Source: Clostridia bacterium (GTDB lineage: Bacteria; Bacillota; Clostridia; Oscillospirales; Acutalibacteraceae). From it: a stretch of 64,000 bases of DNA. The translations under genes were made by a program, and so were the position numbers. Shown here one piece after another: positions 60,381 through 64,000 of the stretch. The notes under the pieces were generated by a model. The model saw only the letters and a program-made list of their open reading frames with translations. It searched no databases and was not told the DNA's origin. The DNA is taken from NCBI GenBank assembly GCA_017936645.1, contig JAGBFD010000070.1, positions 4,714 to 68,713 on the forward strand, in the 5' to 3' direction. Numbering within the stretch: the stretch's first letter is position 1; every line of letters begins with the position of its first letter.

Positions 60381-61916
60381 ATGGGTATAAAACCAGCAAG
60401 ACATCCGGTCAAAAAAACAAAAAATCTCAAAAACAAGAATTACGTTCCGAAAAGTGAAGTTCAGGCTTATGCCATTGCTGCTTTAGGACAGGGTCTTGTT
60501 TACAGCTGTATGTCAAGTTACATAACTGACTACTACATGAATGTTCTTTACCTTACACCGATGTTCGTTATTCTCCTCATGCTTCTTGCACGAGTGTGGG
60601 ACGCAATCAACGACCCGATGATGGGTATGATTATGGACAGAAAGAGTACAAAATGGGGACGAATGAAGCCGTATCCTGTTTTCACGGCTATCCCTATCGC
60701 TGCTCTTACAATCCTTATGTTCGTTAACCCCGGCTTTGATACAAAGAATCAGAGCATATGGCTTTATATTTTTACGACAGTTGTTTACGTTGCATGGGGT
60801 ATGATATATACTGCCAGCGACGTTCCGTTCTGGAGTATGCCGAACGTTATGACGCCGAACGCAAAAGAACGCGGCAAAATCATCTCTTACGGTAAAACAG
60901 TAGGCGGAATAGGATCTGCTGTTACTGTCGCACTTCCTATCATAGTAGGTTACTTTGTGGCAGGAATGGATCTTGAAAAAGCGAACATCCTCAAGTATGC
61001 TATAATGGCAATTTCAATGGCTGTCATCGGTATGCCGTTATTCACTCTTTCTTCATTCAAGATCAAGGAAAGAATTCAGATCCCCGATGCGCAGAAACGA
61101 GCACCCGGTGAGCCCTCAACGCTTAAGAGAATCTTCACCTGTAAGCCTCTTATGCTCGTTGTACTTTCAGGTATGCTTTCATTCGGCAGATACATGCTTC
61201 AGGCTGCAGCTCCTCACGTTGCTCGTTATTCAGGATTCTACATCGGCAAGACTGCTCCGCAGACTGTAGATGAAATCAACTCAAACATTTCAACAGTTGC
61301 TCTTGTCATTCAGGTATGTGCAGCTGTCGGTATGTTCGGTGCAATGATTTTCCTTCCGAAGCTTTACAAAAAATTTGAGTACAAGCACATTATGATTGTC
61401 TCCTGCATTGGTGGTTTCATCGCAAGCTGCTGTACTCTCGTAGTAGGTTGGCTCACAAAGAATCTTCTCCTCTGCATCCCGTTTATGCTTATTTCTGCAA
61501 TTCCTCTCGGCGTTATCAATAACGTTTCATTTGCAATGGTATGTGACTGCCTTGACTTTATGGAATGGAAAACAGGATTCAGAAACAACGGACTCGGCTC
61601 TGCGTGTCAGTCATTTGTCAACAAAATCGGCAATGCATTTGCAACGGTTATGATCATACTTATGTATATGCTCGTTAAGATCGACGTGCAGAACCTCAAC
61701 GTAGGTTCAGGTCCCGAAGTTGTCGAAGCTATCAATAGCCTTGCTCCGACCCAGAACTTCGCTATGTTCTCTCTCGTTACAATCGTTCCGGGTATCAGCC
61801 TTCTTCTTTGTGCAATTCCCCTCTTCTTCTACGACCTTACAGGTGAAAAGAAGGAAAGAGTATTCTCAGAACTCGCAAAGCTCAGAAAGCAGCGCGGTAT
61901 CAATATCGACAACTGA
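60381..61916 (+). CDS. GPH-family (MelB-like) glycoside-pentoside-hexuronide:cation symporter
   Basis: AGGAGG lies 7 nt before ATG 60381. LLARVWDAINDPMMGMIMDR is the GPH signature region. About 12 TM segments. Confidence 0.85.
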   Translation: MGIKPARHPVKKTKNLKNKNYVPKSEVQAYAIAALGQGLVYSCMSSYITDYYMNVLYLTPMFVILLMLLARVWDAINDPMMGMIMDRKSTKWGRMKPYPVFTAIPIAALTILMFVNPGFDTKNQSIWLYIFTTVVYVAWGMIYTASDVPFWSMPNVMTPNAKERGKIISYGKTVGGIGSAVTVALPIIVGYFVAGMDLEKANILKYAIMAISMAVIGMPLFTLSSFKIKERIQIPDAQKRAPGEPSTLKRIFTCKPLMLVVLSGMLSFGRYMLQAAAPHVARYSGFYIGKTAPQTVDEINSNISTVALVIQVCAAVGMFGAMIFLPKLYKKFEYKHIMIVSCIGGFIASCCTLVVGWLTKNLLLCIPFMLISAIPLGVINNVSFAMVCDCLDFMEWKTGFRNNGLGSACQSFVNKIGNAFATVMIILMYMLVKIDVQNLNVGSGPEVVEAINSLAPTQNFAMFSLVTIVPGISLLLCAIPLFFYDLTGEKKERVFSELAKLRKQRGINIDN

Positions 61917-61970
61917 TAACATAATCAATGTACGGTTGCTCTTAAAACAACCCATACAATAAAACGAAAG

Positions 61971-62009
61971 AAACACGGATTGTTACATTTTCAGTAGCAA
62001 TCCGTGTTT
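61971..62009. terminator. bidirectional terminator between convergent genes
   Basis: AAACACGGATTG...CAATCCGTGTTT (12-bp arms) followed by TCTTTTA. Confidence 0.75.
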
Positions 62010-62013
62010 TCTT

Positions 62014-63312
62014 TTAAATAAACATAAGAAGAATCAATCCTCTTATAATTGCAAAGATATCGATTATACCATTCGTAATATACGTAAAGAAATCTATCAA
62101 CTTACCAAACGGTCTGAAGTCATAGTAACGCTCTCCGTATACACATTCGACAAGTTCGCCTTCATCACCTTCGATGTAATACGTTGATGCATAAGGTGAG
62201 TCTTCCCCATCAATTTTCATCGACTGCATATCATCAAGCGGGAAATAATAACCATCTTCGGCTATCAGATCAACATACACTAAGTATTCATAGCCCAGCT
62301 CTATAACCTCATTATCTGCGAGAGGTGCATTGAACATATCCTTCGAAGAGTAAATCTCAATCAATTTAACGTCCGCACCTTCCGGATATACTGTTGCAAC
62401 GTCATACAGGTCACTTATCTTCACACCGGGTCTCATTTCAAAGTTAACAGAAGCATAATTTATCTTATAATCTGAATCCAGAGCTTTGACTCTGGCACAT
62501 ACCGTTACGCAGCTTACGTCAGAATCAAATACATTACGGTATGAACCAAATGTATAATCACTCGTTTCAACATTATTAACCTTCAATGATTTAAATCCGG
62601 GAATCGGAAGTCTTGAAAATCTATCACTGACTACGTCAATGTAAATCAGGTACTCTTCACCGGCTTTGAAGTAGTCTGAATTATCTAAGGGACCGGCATC
62701 AACATCGTCGGCATCATAGGCTCTGACCGGAGACTCTGTGCCGTGATGTGCAATTTCCAAAGATAAATTATCTACCAAAATATATTTTTCCCAATCAGAC
62801 ACATTATAATCTGAATCCGGTTTTACATAAAGGCTCAGATCCTCTATTCTTTTGTAACCGTCAACAGAATCGGGTACACCTATCGTTACAGAAAACCACA
62901 TTTCAAGATAAGTGATTTCTTCACCGTTTTCACCAACGGTATTGATTATCTTATCGTCAGAAAAAATCCCGTTAACCGAAAACCAACCAGTAGTCAGGTA
63001 ATAGCCGTCCGATGCCTGCATTCGCAGAACCACTTCACATCTTTCACCGTTTTTATACTCGGTAATCTTTTTACCCGTATAATCATACGCCTCTATAATC
63101 GGGATGTCCTCTGACTCAAGGAATTCAAAACCATCTGTCTCAACGGTGATGTAGTCCTCATAATCTTCTACAGCAACCCCGCCAATATAGTAATCAAAAA
63201 GAACCGATGCAACCTCGAGCTTCAGGTCAGCCGCTGAGGCCGAAAAGCTGAACATTACAAACATTGTTACTGCCGACAGGCATACTGCCAGAAATTTCTT
63301 CGCTTTTTTCAT
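62014..63312 (-). CDS. secreted/cell-surface protein with three divergent internal repeats and a C-terminal hydrophobic anchor
   Basis: Signal peptide MKKAKKFLAVCLSAVTMFVMFSFSASA and C-terminal IIDIFAIIRGLILLMFI. A recurring block appears as EYKNGERCEVVLRMQASDGYYL, YFKAGEEYLIYIDVVSDRF and VIELGYEYLVYVDLIAEDGYYF. Confidence 0.6.
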   Translation of the reverse strand: MKKAKKFLAVCLSAVTMFVMFSFSASAADLKLEVASVLFDYYIGGVAVEDYEDYITVETDGFEFLESEDIPIIEAYDYTGKKITEYKNGERCEVVLRMQASDGYYLTTGWFSVNGIFSDDKIINTVGENGEEITYLEMWFSVTIGVPDSVDGYKRIEDLSLYVKPDSDYNVSDWEKYILVDNLSLEIAHHGTESPVRAYDADDVDAGPLDNSDYFKAGEEYLIYIDVVSDRFSRLPIPGFKSLKVNNVETSDYTFGSYRNVFDSDVSCVTVCARVKALDSDYKINYASVNFEMRPGVKISDLYDVATVYPEGADVKLIEIYSSKDMFNAPLADNEVIELGYEYLVYVDLIAEDGYYFPLDDMQSMKIDGEDSPYASTYYIEGDEGELVECVYGERYYDFRPFGKLIDFFTYITNGIIDIFAIIRGLILLMFI

Positions 63313-63379
63313 TGTTATATCTCCTTCTTATTTTTTATATCAAAGTCCTTATCGGACGGTGATACCTGTATATGAAAAA

Positions 63380-63415
63380 GGTATTATCAAAACAACACTC
63401 TGTTTTGATAATACC
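63380..63415 (-). terminator. terminator after the SGNH hydrolase gene
   Basis: The minus-strand RNA reads GGTATTATCAAAAC...GTTTTGATAATACC and is followed by TTTTTC. Confidence 0.8.
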
Positions 63416-63473
63416 ATCATATCTGGATATATAACATATCTGTAAAATCAATTTTAAATAAAAGTAAATTGCA

Positions 63474-64000
63474 TTAAACTCCGCTGACACAATCAACTCT
63501 GTTTATAAAACCTACCATTTCAAAATCCTTCGGATTATGACGGACGATATAGTCGATATAAGAATCGATCATCTCGGCAGTAAAAATATAACCTGACGGA
63601 TTCATATGGCCAAGCATAAAGAATTTCTCTCTGAATCTGTCATCATATACAGGACCGTACTCGCCGATATCTATAACATAAGCATTGTCAAAATACTCAG
63701 CAAGCTCGTACAATCCGTTTCTGACCGCAGCAGCATCAGCATCTCTTTTTCTGCCCGGTTCTTTCGGAAATGTAACAAAGAAAAACTTGGCATCAGGACT
63801 TATTTCCTTATATCTTGCAACTATAGCCGCATAATATCCGAGGAAAGTTTTGCTGTTTTCACGATAATCAGAGTTAATATCTTCGACAGAGCCGACAGGC
63901 ATTCCTGCATTGTAAACGTCGTTGACTCCAAGTGCGATTACATATGCTTGTGCCGCCTTTTCTTTATCCCAGAAGCCATTATCTTCTGCAAATGATTCGA
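63474..64000 (-). CDS. SGNH/GDSL-family hydrolase, 5' end beyond the window
   Basis: The frame stays open from 63902 up to the window edge (...ESFAEDNGFWDKEKAAQAYVIALGVNDVYNAGMPVG...). ALGVNDV is the SGNH block II/III pattern. The track ORF 63474..63902 is only the part after an internal Met. Confidence 0.65.
   Translation of the reverse strand, partial: ESFAEDNGFWDKEKAAQAYVIALGVNDVYNAGMPVGSVEDINSDYRENSKTFLGYYAAIVARYKEISPDAKFFFVTFPKEPGRKRDADAAAVRNGLYELAEYFDNAYVIDIGEYGPVYDDRFREKFFMLGHMNPSGYIFTAEMIDSYIDYIVRHNPKDFEMVGFINRVDCVSGV

Noticed and set aside
1-64000. Search by eye for CRISPR arrays, tRNA/rRNA genes, IS elements, integrases, phage modules, reverse transcriptases and toxin-antitoxin pairs
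   Set aside because: No regularly spaced direct repeats were seen, no cloverleaf-capable conserved tRNA boxes in the few gaps over 100 nt, and no transposase, integrase or phage hallmark motifs in any ORF. The only sizeable DNA repeat is the intragenic 321-bp duplication.

Overview
This 64-kb window looks like chromosome from a low-GC, spore-forming Clostridia-type Firmicute. The proteins have a Ruminococcaceae/Oscillospiraceae flavour, but the taxon cannot be proven from the sequence alone. I call about 62 tightly packed protein-coding genes. I found no rRNA, tRNA, CRISPR array, transposase, integrase or prophage genes.

Two kinds of content are interleaved:
- **Housekeeping blocks** whose local gene order matches the origin-proximal region of Bacillus subtilis: trmN6-like/rsmI, darA-holB-ricT, yaaL-bofA, metG-tatD and hpt. 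Other housekeeping genes are obg, mrnC, spoIID, citrate synthase and thyA-folA.
- **Carbohydrate and accessory loci**:
  - a GH38-like/SDR/YdjC locus with a divergent PHP-MFS pair
  - a mannonate/KDG operon
  - two glycosyltransferase genes
  - a domain-permuted GH3 beside a GPH symporter that carries a long charged tail
  - a GH27 alpha-galactosidase with a second GPH symporter

The ORF track was refined in several ways:
- Many start codons were moved to sites preceded by a Shine-Dalgarno sequence.
- Two sub-60-aa genes were added: a 56-aa 2x[4Fe-4S] ferredoxin and a 53-aa hydrophobic peptide.
- One short ORF was reinterpreted as the decayed 5' end of a P-loop ATPase gene.

The best candidates for undescribed biology are:
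1. The uxuA-uxuB-kdgK-eda operon (14.0-21.9 kb). It lacks uronate isomerase and is headed instead by a TIM-barrel::Gfo/Idh/MocA fusion plus a second Gfo/Idh/MocA enzyme. This may be an oxidative, non-hydrolytic entry route into the KDG pathway.
2. An AT-rich accessory cluster (53.2-58.8 kb). It holds a membrane-tethered XRE regulator, two zinc-ribbon/TM proteins (one with a recent 321-bp tandem duplication), a tiny TM ORF, an atypical stand-alone Ser/Thr kinase and a head-to-head HTH gene.
3. A GPH transporter with a roughly 310-aa charged helical C-terminal extension.

All functional calls rest on motif recognition by eye. No database search was possible.
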